Shown here: positions 63,836 to 64,000 of the stretch, piece after piece | How the letters are laid out: every line of letters begins with the position of its first letter | Position numbering within the stretch: the stretch's first letter is position 1 | Sequence record: NC_041878.1 | Reading direction: 5' to 3' (one strand) | DNA: 64,000 bases | Program-made: the position numbers and the translations under genes | The notes under the pieces: generated by a model | Told to the model about the DNA's origin: nothing | Databases searched by the model: none | The model's input: the letters and a program-made list of their open reading frames with translations, nothing else

Positions 63836-64000
63836 GTGCTTACAGAAAGGATTTAAGTACTTTTATCTAAGGTCAAAAAATATTTGATTCAAAATAAAAG
63901 TACTTGACTTTTAAAATGCATAGGTAATCCCTTCATATTTCTATATGTAACATTGTTGCACTATGAAATAAATTTTTGCTTACTAAAGGCCAGTAACGCT

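Overview
AT-rich segment of a lytic jumbo myovirus of enterobacteria. By inference from gene content and layout it is RAK2/GAP32/CBB-like; no database search was run. There is no integrase, rRNA or CRISPR array. Bases 1-41,190 are densely packed, mostly plus-strand accessory genes: 4 tRNAs, a sigma70-like factor, denV, two HNH proteins, a zinc-ribbon homing-endonuclease-like gene, two P-loop ATPases and several tandem paralog families. They are interrupted by minus-strand late or structural genes, including nine complete genes plus one remnant that share an N-terminal MLPFxRxxxY(G/A)N peptide fused to LamG or Kelch domains. Two long ORF-free, hairpin-rich, promoter-driven stretches (about 15.2-16.1 kb and 21.9-22.4 kb) look like large non-coding RNAs. 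From about 41.2 kb the architecture switches to a 2-kb non-coding block followed by roughly 50 small genes, most with their own sigma70 promoter, consistent with a pre-early or terminal-repeat region. The most striking unexplained signal there is a 12-copy element: sigma70 promoter, then a variable hairpin with a G..AA loop, then a conserved CCCACAGGGTGCGGAG core. Six copies form three convergent pairs with exactly the same 68-bp core spacing despite different sequence in between. Other recurring grammar includes fused terminator/promoter cassettes (GGGTTGAC-TTCG-GTCAGCCC), AGTACT dyads built into promoters, and late promoters placed inside RBS-occluding hairpins. Most CDS starts were moved from the ORF track to the nearest RBS-supported start.
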